Positions 51,796 to 61,857 of a stretch of 64,000 nucleotides of DNA are shown piece after piece. Below the pieces are notes generated by a model. That model was given only the letters and a program-made list of their open reading frames with translations, made no database searches and had not been told where the DNA came from. The translations under genes were made by a program, and so were the position numbers. Source of the stretch: an uncultured Acidobacteriota bacterium (GTDB taxonomy: Bacteria; Acidobacteriota; Thermoanaerobaculia; Gp7-AA8); NCBI GenBank assembly GCA_963741955.1, contig CAVUKB010000007.1:576001-640000 (forward strand), read 5' to 3'. Numbering within the stretch: position 1 is the stretch's first letter; every line of letters begins with the position of its first letter.

Positions 51796-53805
51796 TTGAA
51801 ACTCAGCCGCTATGAAGTCGTGAGAGAGCTCGGCAAGGGAGCTATGGGCGTTGTCTACCTTGCCAAAGACCCACTGATCGGAAGGCTCGTCGCCCTCAAG
51901 ACCATCCGGCTCGCCCCCGCCGATGACGACGAAGAAGCGCGGGAGTTCCGCCACCGCTTCGTGCGGGAAGCTCAGGCCGCCGGGATTCTGAGCCACCCGT
52001 CCATCGTCACGGTCCACGACATCGGTGAAGACGAGTCGACCGGTACGTCCTTCATCGCCATGGAGTACGTCGAGGGGCTGAACCTCAAACAGATCCTGAT
52101 GCAGGATCGGACTCTGCCGCCCAACGAGACTCTTGAGATTCTGGCCCAGGTCGCCGACGCGCTCGACTATGCCCATCTGAAGGGAATCATTCATCGCGAC
52201 GTCAAGCCGGCGAACATCATCCGCTTCGCGGAGTCGAGAGCGAAGATCACCGACTTCGGGATCGCCAAGTTCGCGTCCGGGTCGAGCAACCTCACCACCA
52301 CCGGCCAGTTCATCGGGACGCCGAACTACATGTCGCCCGAACAGATCAAGGGCGTGCACGTGGATGGACGGACCGATATCTTCTCGCTCGGAATCGTTCT
52401 CTACGAGGCGCTCACCCGGCGGAAGCCGTTCGGAGGCGACTCCCTCACCACCATCTCGTACAAGATTGTGCACGAAGGTTACGTGCCGATCCGGGAAGTG
52501 AACCCCGACCTGCCGGACGAGATCGAGGATGTGGTGGTCCGCTGCCTCTCCAAAGAACCTGCAGACCGTTACCAGCGCGGGCGAGACGTCGCCGCGGACC
52601 TTCTTCGGATCGCGCGGGGAGACGACAGTCGACGGACCGTCGAGCCGCTGCATTTCGAGCAGACCCTGATGTCGCGATCGGACCGGCTCCCGACGGTCGA
52701 GACCCCCTTTCCCGACGCGGGGCGTTCGGCGGCGGCAGTCGCGGTGACGGTGCCGGCAGACACCCCCACCCCCGATCTCCACAACGAGACGCTGGCCGTT
52801 GCCACGCCGCGGCCGCGAGAGCGTCAGACGCTGAAGCAGACGTTGAGCCGGATCCGTATCCCCGAGGTCGGAGGGAAGGATCTCGACGCGATTGCGCGTA
52901 CCAGGATCTCGCCACTCCTCTTCTTCGGAGTGATCGCCATCGCGGCCCTCCTGGCACTCGTCCCGTCACTTCTGATCGCTCGAAACCTCGTCTCCGTTCC
53001 CCCGGTCGATACGGTTCGCGAACAGGCGGTCCAGAGGCAGCGCGAGCTTCGGCTGCGCGGAGCCCGCCTGTTGCAGGCGGGGGACGTCGACGGAGCCTGG
53101 GCCACGTACCGGGAGCTTCAGTCCCTCGCCCCGGGATCTCCGGCGGTGGCGAGCACCCTCGACTCGCTCGAGAAGGTGCGGATCGAGAGGATGACCGAGC
53201 AGCAGAAGCTCGCGGAGGCCCGGCAGAAACTCACCGATGGACAGGCCCTCTACGAGCAGTCGAAGTTCGAAGCCGCCATTCCGCTGTTCGAGGAGGCATT
53301 CCATCTCGATCCGAATCTCGAGGAGGCCGTCAATTACCTCCGGATGACCCGGGAGCAGATGGCGCTTCGCGACCAGACCCGACGCAAAAAGCAACTCGCC
53401 AGCCGCACCACCCCGGCGTCGCTTCCTGAAAGCGGGCAGTCCGCCGCGTCCGCTGCTTCCGAGGGGGGCGAGCAGATTCCCGCCAAGCCTTCGGCTCTGG
53501 TGACCGTCCTCGACAGTCCGGTGAATGACGGATACGTGATGATCCGCGTCGGAGGAGATACCGTCGTACACGAGAATCTCTGGGAGTCGTCGAGCGGATT
53601 CTTCAGGCGCAAAGTCCCGCGCAAGCTGAATGTCTACCGCGAAGTTCCGGCCCGGACCCAGGATGTCGAGGTGTGGGTGATCGTCCCGTCGCTGAACCTG
53701 AACTTCCACCAGAAGCTGAGTCACGAATTCGCGTCGGGAATCGTGAACCGGCTGACCATCCAGCTCGATGCGGCGAAAAAGCAGGTCATGCTGCAGTTCT
53801 CCTGA
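51796..53805 (+). CDS. Membrane Ser/Thr protein kinase with extracytoplasmic TPR region
   Basis: LGKGAMG, VALK, HRDVKPAN, TDFGIA, GTPNYMSPE; one TM; TPR-like helices. Confidence 0.93.
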   Translation: MKLSRYEVVRELGKGAMGVVYLAKDPLIGRLVALKTIRLAPADDDEEAREFRHRFVREAQAAGILSHPSIVTVHDIGEDESTGTSFIAMEYVEGLNLKQILMQDRTLPPNETLEILAQVADALDYAHLKGIIHRDVKPANIIRFAESRAKITDFGIAKFASGSSNLTTTGQFIGTPNYMSPEQIKGVHVDGRTDIFSLGIVLYEALTRRKPFGGDSLTTISYKIVHEGYVPIREVNPDLPDEIEDVVVRCLSKEPADRYQRGRDVAADLLRIARGDDSRRTVEPLHFEQTLMSRSDRLPTVETPFPDAGRSAAAVAVTVPADTPTPDLHNETLAVATPRPRERQTLKQTLSRIRIPEVGGKDLDAIARTRISPLLFFGVIAIAALLALVPSLLIARNLVSVPPVDTVREQAVQRQRELRLRGARLLQAGDVDGAWATYRELQSLAPGSPAVASTLDSLEKVRIERMTEQQKLAEARQKLTDGQALYEQSKFEAAIPLFEEAFHLDPNLEEAVNYLRMTREQMALRDQTRRKKQLASRTTPASLPESGQSAASAASEGGEQIPAKPSALVTVLDSPVNDGYVMIRVGGDTVVHENLWESSSGFFRRKVPRKLNVYREVPARTQDVEVWVIVPSLNLNFHQKLSHEFASGIVNRLTIQLDAAKKQVMLQFS

Positions 53806-53817
53806 TTGGCGAGTTTT

Positions 53818-54020
53818 CGGGGATCAGGGATCGGGATCCGGGGGCCGGGGATCGGGGGTCGGGGAGATTCAGCGCAACCCGGACAGCTTCCTGCGCGGGT
53901 CCTTCTCCAGTCAGGCCAGTCACACGTCCGACCTGTCCGACCTGTCCGACCTGTCCGACACGTCAGACGAAACCCTCGCCTCTAACCTCTAGCCTCGAGC
54001 CCCGAGCCCCGAGCCTCTCG
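53818..54020. repeat. Cluster of short tandem repeats: GGGATC(G/A) heptamers, 4-5x GTCCGACCT nonamer, CGAGCC(C/T) heptamers
   Basis: Direct reading between convergent genes. Confidence 0.75.
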
Positions 54021-54995
54021 AAAAACACGTACCTGCTCGAGCAGCATCGGAGTCCCCCACGCTCCCGCGCCGAGGGGGAACCACGAAGGATCTCCGGGTG
54101 CGGCGAGAAGCCGCTCCGGGAGGGAAGTCGCGTCGATCACGAGTGAGCCGGTCCTTGGTGTGTCGTGGCCGCTGATGAGCAGATCCACCTCCAGGCTGCC
54201 GCCCTCGATGCGAGCCGGTCCGATCGCGACCGCCGTAGGAGCGTCGCCGTCGTCGCGCACCGCCGGGACGTCGAGCGCGAGATGGAATCCGGTGCGGCGG
54301 GGACGGCTGCGGTAGCTCGGACGAAACCAGTTTCGCGGCTCACTGCGGGACTCCGGTGCGCCGCCTGCGAGTACGAGCGGCTCGATGATCTCTCCGAATC
54401 CGTCGTAGCGGTACGTGGGGTGGGGTTTCTGGCGCATCGTCCATCGTGACGACGTCCCGAGCGCTCCGGCGCGCGCGAGAGGGTAGAGCGCGGCAACGAT
54501 GCGGGCGGCAGTGTCGGCCGAGAGGCGGAGCCGCTCGAACGAACGAGGCTCCTCGAGCGGTGTCGCGCGCGCGAACGTCTCGATCCTCTCCCGGATGTCG
54601 TCCGTCGCGGTCCGGTCCCACTCCGCCCCTCCGTCATCGATCGAAAGGCGCATTTGTAAACGATGGTTCACAATCGAAAGGTGAACGCGCGTGAACGATT
54701 CGCGCCAGCTCCGTTCGCCGCCGGCGCTCTCGAACCGGTGTTCCGCGAATCCGGTGAGAAGAAGCATCCTCTCAAGCGCGAGCGATCCGCCCGCCGGTAC
54801 GAGCGATCGTTCGAGCGCGAGAGCCGCGGAGGGATCCGGAGAGCTCAGTGACCCGCCGGGAGCCGCAGCGAGGGTGACGAATACGCCGTCCCGATCGCTC
54901 GCCGTGCCGAGCTCGCGGACCATCGATTCGGTCCTTGTCCCGCGCATCCATTCGATGCGATGCGTGACGCCTTCCTTCCGGTAGATCCCGTTCAA
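53982..54995 (-). CDS. Divergent TldE/PmbA-like protein
   Basis: Coupled to the TldD-like gene; YDGFG and NWFRPSYRSRP resemble PmbA C-terminal motifs. Confidence 0.5.
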   Translation of the reverse strand: MNGIYRKEGVTHRIEWMRGTRTESMVRELGTASDRDGVFVTLAAAPGGSLSSPDPSAALALERSLVPAGGSLALERMLLLTGFAEHRFESAGGERSWRESFTRVHLSIVNHRLQMRLSIDDGGAEWDRTATDDIRERIETFARATPLEEPRSFERLRLSADTAARIVAALYPLARAGALGTSSRWTMRQKPHPTYRYDGFGEIIEPLVLAGGAPESRSEPRNWFRPSYRSRPRRTGFHLALDVPAVRDDGDAPTAVAIGPARIEGGSLEVDLLISGHDTPRTGSLVIDATSLPERLLAAPGDPSWFPLGAGAWGTPMLLEQVRVFREARGSGLEARG

Positions 54996-56098
54996 CGCGT
55001 CGCTCCCAGCGGCCCGGTGATGAGCCGCGGCGCGATCGACCCGACCGGGATCTTCTGCCCTTCGTCGGAACAGATCACCCCGGGGTAGCTCTCCGGTTCT
55101 CCTCCGGCTCCGGAGAGCGAGCGGATGAACGCCTCGCGCGGTGCGGTGATGCGGAAAGGTGCGAGCCGGCGGCGCCGCTCGCCTTCGACCATCGCGGCGC
55201 GGGCGATCTCGATCCGCACGCGATCGCTGACCGGGTCGTAGCCCCCCTCGCCGACGCGGTCGACCTCGATCCGCCGCTGCGGAATCTCGAACGGCGCTCC
55301 ACTCGACGAGACGGACAGATTCGACATCCGGATCAGCGGCACGTCGCGAAAGCTCGCGCGGCGGAAGGACGACGGCGATTCACCGCGGCTCAGAACGCGG
55401 GCCGACGTCGCTCTGCCGGCGTCGTCGATCTCCGCCGGTGCGAATCCTCCCGTCGGAGAATCGGTGACCTCGATCCACGTCGGGAGGTCCGGCGTGAAGA
55501 TGCCGCGCTCCGCGGGATGGCCGACGACTTCGTGCAGCATGACGGCGCCCGACCCTCCGATCCAGAGGATGGGAAGCGACATCGGATCGACGTGCTCGAT
55601 CTCCGGCCCGGCAGGATCGGACGCGGTAACGAGTCGGGATTGCAGCAGGTCGGGAGAGCCGGTGACCGAGGCCTGGCCTGGAGCGTGGATCACGACCACT
55701 ACGGATCCGTCGACATGGGCGCGCTGGTCGCGCTCGGGCGTGACCACTCCCCGAATGCGGGTCACGACGCGAATGGACGCCGCTTCCGGGGCAGCGTCGA
55801 GATTCGGGAGGAGGGAGTCGAGCGGGCCGCGGAGAGTTTCGAGGAGATTCCGCATCCGGGCCGGAAGTTCCTCCTCACCGGCGCGATCGAATGGCGGGGG
55901 AAGGGGATCGTCCACTCCCGAGTGAATCTCGAAGCGCATGAGGCTCCCCGAGGAGATGGCGATCGACGTTCCGGCGTCGTCGGTGCGCCGCGCCATGCGT
56001 GAAGTACCCGAACGGACGATCCAGGTCTCGTCGCGGCGCAGCTCGAGAAAGGAGTGCTCCGGCATCGGGGGAGCGACGGAGATGGAGGAGAACGCCAT
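54992..56098 (-). CDS. Shortened TldD-like metalloprotease
   Basis: LHEVVGHPAE, RRASFRDVPLIRMSN, C-terminal ICSDEGQKIPVG..P. Confidence 0.75.
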   Translation of the reverse strand: MAFSSISVAPPMPEHSFLELRRDETWIVRSGTSRMARRTDDAGTSIAISSGSLMRFEIHSGVDDPLPPPFDRAGEEELPARMRNLLETLRGPLDSLLPNLDAAPEAASIRVVTRIRGVVTPERDQRAHVDGSVVVVIHAPGQASVTGSPDLLQSRLVTASDPAGPEIEHVDPMSLPILWIGGSGAVMLHEVVGHPAERGIFTPDLPTWIEVTDSPTGGFAPAEIDDAGRATSARVLSRGESPSSFRRASFRDVPLIRMSNLSVSSSGAPFEIPQRRIEVDRVGEGGYDPVSDRVRIEIARAAMVEGERRRRLAPFRITAPREAFIRSLSGAGGEPESYPGVICSDEGQKIPVGSIAPRLITGPLGATR

Positions 56099-56233
56099 CG
56101 GGCTCGCATTCTAGCCCGGATCGTTCACCGCGATTGCGGTTCGAAATCGCGAGCCATCGGGGTCGCGTGCGCGCACGATCCTTGACTTTAGATCGAACCC
56201 GTCCTCAGAATCGCGGTCGGAGATCATGCGTTC

Positions 56234-56491
56234 GTGACGCCAAAGAGGATCGAGCTGCTCGCTCGAGCCATCGTGAACCGCCTCGAGGATCGAGGACTCG
56301 TAGAGTTCTCGGATGCCGAGGCCGGTATCGAGATGGTGGCGAGGACCCTGATGGAGAACGAGCGCCAGGCGGATGCGATCTGCGAAGAAGCACGAGAGCG
56401 ACTGGCGCGCAACGGCGTGATCGAGCCGTCGCTCGACGAGCTGGAAAACGAGATGCACCGGATCGCGGGGCAGCAGGGTTTCGTGCTCTGA
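56234..56491 (+). CDS. DUF507-like small protein
   Basis: KRIELLARAIV..L...EEARERL...GFVL pattern. Confidence 0.6.
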   Translation: MTPKRIELLARAIVNRLEDRGLVEFSDAEAGIEMVARTLMENERQADAICEEARERLARNGVIEPSLDELENEMHRIAGQQGFVL

Positions 56492-56533
56492 TCGGACGCT
56501 CTCCTCTCCCGGGCGCATGAGAAAGAGAATGGC

Positions 56534-58084
56534 ATGACTGTTTCGAAACACCTCGAGGAGCTCGAGGAGAGAAAGCGGCGGAGCGAGCTCGGTGGAGGTG
56601 AGGAGAGAATTGCCCGCCAGCATCACGCAGGGAAGCTGATTGCCCGGGAGCGGATCGCACTCCTGTTCGATCCCGGCTCGTTCGAAGAGCTCGACCAGCT
56701 CGTCGTCCACCGCAGCCGCGACTTCGGAATGGATCAGCAGCGAATTCCGGGAGACGGCGTGGTCACCGGCTTCGGCACCATCCAGGGACGCCTCGTCTAC
56801 GCATTCGCTCAGGACTTCACCGTCTTCGGCGGATCGCTCAGCGAGACACACGCCGCGAAGATCGTGAAGGTGATGGATCTCGCGGTGAAGAACGGAGCGC
56901 CGATCGTCGGGCTGAACGACTCGGGTGGCGCCCGGATCCAGGAAGGGGTGGTCTCACTCGGCGGGTACGCCGACATTTTTCTCCGCAATACGCTCGCCTC
57001 GGGTGTGGTGCCCCAGATCTCCGCGATCATGGGACCGTGTGCCGGAGGTGCGGTCTATTCGCCGGCCATCACCGACTTCATCGTGATGGTGCGGAAGACG
57101 AGCTACATGTTCGTCACCGGACCCGACGTGATCCGGACCGTGACGCACGAAGACGTGACGAAGGAGGCACTCGGCGGCGCCGATACGCACGGCTCCCTCT
57201 CCGGAGTCTCGCACTTTGCCGCCGAATCGGACGAGGACTGTCTGGCGCTGATCCGTGAGCTGCTCTCGTACCTCCCTTCCAACAACATGGAAGATCCTCC
57301 GCGGGTGACATCGTCCGACGACGTCAACCGGGTCGACGAAGCGCTCGACTCGATCGTTCCCGAGAGCTCCACGCAGCCTTACGAGATCCGCGACATCATC
57401 CGTTCCGTCGCGGATGAGGAGCATTTCTTCGAAGTCCACGAGAGCTACGCGCGGAATCTCGTGGTGGGGTTCATCCGGCTCGACGGCGCTCCGGTCGGAA
57501 TCGTGGCGAACCAGCCGGCGTACCTGGCCGGCGTTCTCGACATCAGCGCTTCGCGGAAGGGGGCGCGCTTCGTCCGCTTCTGTGACGCGTTCAACATTCC
57601 GCTTCTCGTGTTCGAGGACGTGCCGGGCTTTCTCCCCGGGACGGAGCAGGAGTACGGAGGGATCATCATCCACGGAGCGAAACTCCTCTACGCGCTCGCC
57701 GAAGCGACGGTTCCGAAGGTGACTGTGATCACGCGAAAAGCCTACGGCGGGGCGTACTGCGTGATGAACTCCAAGCACATCCGTGCGGACATGAACTTCG
57801 CGTATCCGACCGCGGAGATCGCGGTGATGGGCGCGGAAGGCGCGGTGAACATCCTGTACGGGAAGGAGATCGGCCGGGCCGAAGATCCCGCGGCGATGCG
57901 CGAAGAGAAGATCCGCGAGTATCGGGAAAAGTTCGCGAACCCGTACATCGCTGCCGAGCGAGGCTATGTCGATGAGATCATCGAGCCGCGGTTCACACGG
58001 CGAAAAGTGATCGCGGCGTTCGCGATGCTGCGGAACAAGCGCGACACGAACCCGCCGAAGAAGCACGGAAACATCCCGCTGTGA
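56534..58084 (+). CDS. pccB: Acyl-CoA carboxylase carboxyltransferase (propionyl-CoA carboxylase beta-like)
   Basis: [46 protein letters not shown]. Confidence 0.9.
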   Translation: MTVSKHLEELEERKRRSELGGGEERIARQHHAGKLIARERIALLFDPGSFEELDQLVVHRSRDFGMDQQRIPGDGVVTGFGTIQGRLVYAFAQDFTVFGGSLSETHAAKIVKVMDLAVKNGAPIVGLNDSGGARIQEGVVSLGGYADIFLRNTLASGVVPQISAIMGPCAGGAVYSPAITDFIVMVRKTSYMFVTGPDVIRTVTHEDVTKEALGGADTHGSLSGVSHFAAESDEDCLALIRELLSYLPSNNMEDPPRVTSSDDVNRVDEALDSIVPESSTQPYEIRDIIRSVADEEHFFEVHESYARNLVVGFIRLDGAPVGIVANQPAYLAGVLDISASRKGARFVRFCDAFNIPLLVFEDVPGFLPGTEQEYGGIIIHGAKLLYALAEATVPKVTVITRKAYGGAYCVMNSKHIRADMNFAYPTAEIAVMGAEGAVNILYGKEIGRAEDPAAMREEKIREYREKFANPYIAAERGYVDEIIEPRFTRRKVIAAFAMLRNKRDTNPPKKHGNIPL

Positions 58085-58185
58085 TCGGGCGGACGCCTTC
58101 CGGTGTCGCGATTTTCATCCCCCCACCCTCATCTTCCGAACCCGATCTACGGAAAACCGAATTTCACCGCACCTCATCCGTAGCG

Positions 58186-58210
58186 TAACTGTAACGTTAC
58201 GTTATAGTTA
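58186..58210. promoter_or_regulatory. Palindromic operator-like site upstream of the TonB receptor
   Basis: TAACTGTAACG-TTA-CGTTATAGTTA (10/11 inverted match) containing the perfect palindrome GTAACGTTAC. Confidence 0.55.
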
Positions 58211-58275
58211 ACCCGCCAACTTCCTTGGCAGTGGCCTTGCCCTGAGTGTCACCAGGTGTCGGCCCCGTTGAAGAA

Positions 58276-58294
58276 CTGTTACGGGCCTGTTACG
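58276..58294 (+). promoter_or_regulatory. OmpR/PhoB-type direct repeat
   Basis: CTGTTACG-GGC-CTGTTACG, 11-bp period. Confidence 0.45.
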
Positions 58295-58397
58295 ATTGGC
58301 CGCTTTTCGGGGGCCGAAAGGAGGTGGTGCAGGTACATCGGAGTGAAATCCGAGTGGTGTCAGTCTTCGGGAATCTCTCATTCCAAAAGGGAACCAA

Positions 58398-61355
58398 ATG
58401 AATTGGAGGAATCAGCGCATGTCGTTCAAAAATCTCAAACTGGCGGGCCTGCTGATCCTGTCCGTTCTCGTCGCGGCGAGTGCTTTCGCCCAGACGCAGA
58501 CGTCCGGATCGCTGCAGGGATACGTCAAGGACGCGAACGGGCCGCTGCCCGGCGTGACGGTGACCCTCACCTCACCCGCACTGCAGGGCTCGAAAATCGC
58601 AGTCACGGACTCGAACGGTTTCTACCGTTTCTCCCTTCTCCCTCCCGGCACCTACTCGGTGCAGGCGTCGCTCTCCGGCTTCCAGCCGCTGACGCGCTCG
58701 AACGTGGAGGTCGCCCTCGGTAAGACGGTCACGCTCGAGATGACCATGTCGACCGAATTCGCTCAGGAGATCACGGTCACCGGAACGCCTCCGGTGCTCG
58801 ACATCACCTCGACCAAGACAGGCGCGAACGTTTCGAGCCAGGCGATGCAGAGCATCCCGGTGGCCCGCGACTTCACCGCAGTCGCGAAAGTCGCTCCCGG
58901 TACGAACGAAGACGCAGCCGGTGTGACTGTGTTCGGTTCGACGGGTGCCGAGAACCAGTACATCATCGACGGCCTGAATACGACGGGCGTCGAGCTCGGC
59001 ACCGACAGCAAGCAGCTCAACGTCGAGTTCATTCAGGAAGTCGAAGTTCTCACCGGCGGTCTTCCGGCCGAATACGGCCGTCTGACCGGCGGTGTGATCA
59101 ACGCGATCACCAAGTCGGGCGGCAACGAGTTCCACGGCGACGCGTTCGGCTACTTCGCCGGCGGCGGACTCCGCTCCGACAACACCACCGCGGCGGAACG
59201 CCCGGTGACCACGACCACGGTCTTCAACGTCGACAACCAGCAGGACTACGGACTCGACCTCGGCGGCTACTTCCTCAAGGACCGCCTCTGGTTCTTCGGT
59301 GCGTACGACCGGGTCAACGAGACCGACCAGCGCACGATCATCCGCCCCATCGATGCAGTCGGCGCCCCGGGTGTCGGCTCGGTCATCGACGAGGACATCA
59401 CCAAGAACCTCTGGGCAGGCAAACTGACCCTCCGCATCAACGACAACAACAATATCTACGGTTCGGTGTTCGCAGATCCTTCGACCAGCAAGGGCCCGCA
59501 GTTCGGGATCGCCGGACCGAAAGTCACCTGGTACGGTGAGCGGAAGACCGGCGGTACCGACGCAATCGTTCGTTACAACGGAATCTTTGGCCAGTCCTTC
59601 CTGGTGAACGCGGCGGCGGGCCAGCACCGGGAAAAGGACAACACCTCCGGTCCGGGCGCAAATCAGCCGGAATACATCGACTACACGTTGGGCGACACTC
59701 CTGTGGTGACCAACGGATTCGGCTTCTATCAGGATCAGAAGTTCAAGCGCGACCAGTACAAGTTCGACGTCAGCAAGTTCCTCGGTCCGCATGAGCTGAA
59801 GGCCGGGATCGACTACGAAGACATCAGCGCCGAGAACAATAACTTCAACGGCGGCGCCGGGCAGCGGATTTACATCTTCTGCTCCGACGGCGATCCGGGA
59901 TCACCGGAGTGCGCCAACAGCCAGTACTACCGGCACCGTTTCTACGTGAACGACCTGGCGCCCGGCTACGTCCGGAGCGATCCGAGCACGTGGCAGATCG
60001 CGGTTCCGCTCACGTCCAAGCCGGAAACCAAGAACAATGCAGTCTTTCTGCAGGACAGCTGGAAGGTCGCTCCGAACTTCACGTTCAACGCCGGCATCCG
60101 CTGGGAGAAGCAGGACGTCATCGGTCGTGACGGCTCCACCGCCATCGAGATCAAGAACAACTGGTCTCCCCGCATCGGCGCGATCTGGGACGTCATGAAC
60201 AACGGCAAGAGCAAGCTGTACGCGAACTACGGCCGCTTCTACGAAGCCGTCCCGATGGACATCAACATCCGCGCGTTCGGTGGCGAAGTGCAGTGCTTCT
60301 GCTACAACTTCGATCCGAATCCATCGAATATCCTTCCTGACGCGAATGCCCCGCGCCGTTCCGGCCTCCTCGGCGGCACCGAGCCGGTCGATCCCAACCT
60401 CAAGGGGCAGTACATCGACGAGTACCTCCTTGGATACGAGTACGAAGTCGCGAACAACCTCGCACTCGGGATCAAAGGAACCTACCGGAACCTCGGCCGC
60501 GTGATCGAGGACTTCCTCATCATCAGCGAAGGAAATTACTTCATCGCCAACCCGGGTGAGGGAATCGGAAAGGAAGTCACGTTCTACGACTATTCCACCG
60601 CTCCCGCTCCGAAAGCCGAGCGCAAGTACAAGGGCATCGAGCTGACCGCGCGGAAGCGCTTCAGCAACAACTATCAGTTCTGGGCCAGTTACACCTGGTC
60701 GAAGCTCGAAGGCAACTACGACGGTCTGTTCCAGTCGTCGACCGGACAGCTCGACCCTAACATCAACTCGGCGTTCGACTACGCCGACTTCATGATCAAC
60801 GCGAAAGGCAAGCTCACCGGTGACCGGAAGCAGCAGTTCAAGCTCAACGGCAGCTATGCCGTCAGCGACGGGCCTCTGAACGGGCTCACCTTCGGTCTCT
60901 CCACGTGGTACTACAGCGGAACTCCCCTCACCGCGTACGGCTACTCCTATGCGTACGCGAACTGGGAGTACTTCCTCACGCCTCGCGGTTCGCTTGGCCG
61001 CGCGCCCGCGGATTACGAAGCGGATATTCACGTCGGGTATCCGTGGAAGCTCGGCAACGGAATGGAGCTGAACTTCCTGGTCGACGTCTTCAACATCCTG
61101 GACCGTCAGGCGAAGACCGATCTCGACCAGCGGTACAACCTCGCCAGCAGCGCCACCGGAGACGCAGGATGCGCCGGGATTCCCGACGCTCTCTGCAACG
61201 GAGACGGTGGTCTGATGCACCAGGACGGCGTTGTCGCTCCGCTTGGCCAGCTCAGCAATCCGCGTGCGACTGCTCCGAACCCCGACTTCCTCAAGGCTGG
61301 AACCGCTTTCACCGATCCGCGGTCGATCCGCGTCGGCGTCCGGTTCAAGTTCTAG
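58398..61355 (+). CDS. Oar-like TonB-dependent receptor
   Basis: Signal peptide, carboxypeptidase-regulatory domain (LPGVTVT...LPPGTY), plug AEYGRLTGGVINAITKSG, C-terminal RFKF; start may be 58419. Confidence 0.92.
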   Translation: MNWRNQRMSFKNLKLAGLLILSVLVAASAFAQTQTSGSLQGYVKDANGPLPGVTVTLTSPALQGSKIAVTDSNGFYRFSLLPPGTYSVQASLSGFQPLTRSNVEVALGKTVTLEMTMSTEFAQEITVTGTPPVLDITSTKTGANVSSQAMQSIPVARDFTAVAKVAPGTNEDAAGVTVFGSTGAENQYIIDGLNTTGVELGTDSKQLNVEFIQEVEVLTGGLPAEYGRLTGGVINAITKSGGNEFHGDAFGYFAGGGLRSDNTTAAERPVTTTTVFNVDNQQDYGLDLGGYFLKDRLWFFGAYDRVNETDQRTIIRPIDAVGAPGVGSVIDEDITKNLWAGKLTLRINDNNNIYGSVFADPSTSKGPQFGIAGPKVTWYGERKTGGTDAIVRYNGIFGQSFLVNAAAGQHREKDNTSGPGANQPEYIDYTLGDTPVVTNGFGFYQDQKFKRDQYKFDVSKFLGPHELKAGIDYEDISAENNNFNGGAGQRIYIFCSDGDPGSPECANSQYYRHRFYVNDLAPGYVRSDPSTWQIAVPLTSKPETKNNAVFLQDSWKVAPNFTFNAGIRWEKQDVIGRDGSTAIEIKNNWSPRIGAIWDVMNNGKSKLYANYGRFYEAVPMDINIRAFGGEVQCFCYNFDPNPSNILPDANAPRRSGLLGGTEPVDPNLKGQYIDEYLLGYEYEVANNLALGIKGTYRNLGRVIEDFLIISEGNYFIANPGEGIGKEVTFYDYSTAPAPKAERKYKGIELTARKRFSNNYQFWASYTWSKLEGNYDGLFQSSTGQLDPNINSAFDYADFMINAKGKLTGDRKQQFKLNGSYAVSDGPLNGLTFGLSTWYYSGTPLTAYGYSYAYANWEYFLTPRGSLGRAPADYEADIHVGYPWKLGNGMELNFLVDVFNILDRQAKTDLDQRYNLASSATGDAGCAGIPDALCNGDGGLMHQDGVVAPLGQLSNPRATAPNPDFLKAGTAFTDPRSIRVGVRFKF

Positions 61356-61380
61356 GAACGGGTACCCCCTGCAGTACGAA

Positions 61381-61410
61381 AGGGCCTCCCACTCGGGAGG
61401 CCCTTTTTTC
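61381..61410 (+). terminator. Rho-independent terminator
   Basis: AGGGCCTCCC-ACTC-GGGAGGCCCT-TTTTT. Confidence 0.88.
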
Positions 61411-61420
61411 GTGAGAAGGC

Positions 61421-61688
61421 GAATTCAGAATGCAGAATGCAGAATGAAGAATTGAGAATACGGGCGCCACCGGTGGGCGGCGGCCACCTTTGACCAAACG
61501 AATGGCGAGAGCGAATTCAAAATCGTCCTCCTGCCCCGAAGGGGCAACGGAGATTAGCCGGTGGCTGCCGCGAAGCGGCCGCCACCGGAAAGAGAGGAGC
61601 GCGATCATTCGTCGCACCCCGAAGGGGAGCCGGAGTTTTGCAGCAGAATTCAAAATGCAAAGTGCAGAATGCAGAATTGAGAATGGAT
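61421..61688. repeat. Two GAATGCA heptamer tracts enclosing two CCCCGAAGGGG REP-like hairpins
   Basis: Heptamers at 61421-61459 and about 61644-61686; TGCCCCGAAGGGGCA about 61532 and CCCCGAAGGGG about 61617. Confidence 0.65.
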
Positions 61689-61857
61689 GAGGAAGAGTGG
61701 GGCGAAATGCGGGACCGAATGAGCGTGCGCTCTTGAATCCAATGCTGCGTGACTCGAGCGGCGGTTGCGATGCATCGAGGCGTTTGCTGCGAGCTTTCCG
61801 ACTTGTCATCGGGCGTTCGGGAACATTCATCGTCCGGGGGGGATTTTCTTCAGAGTC

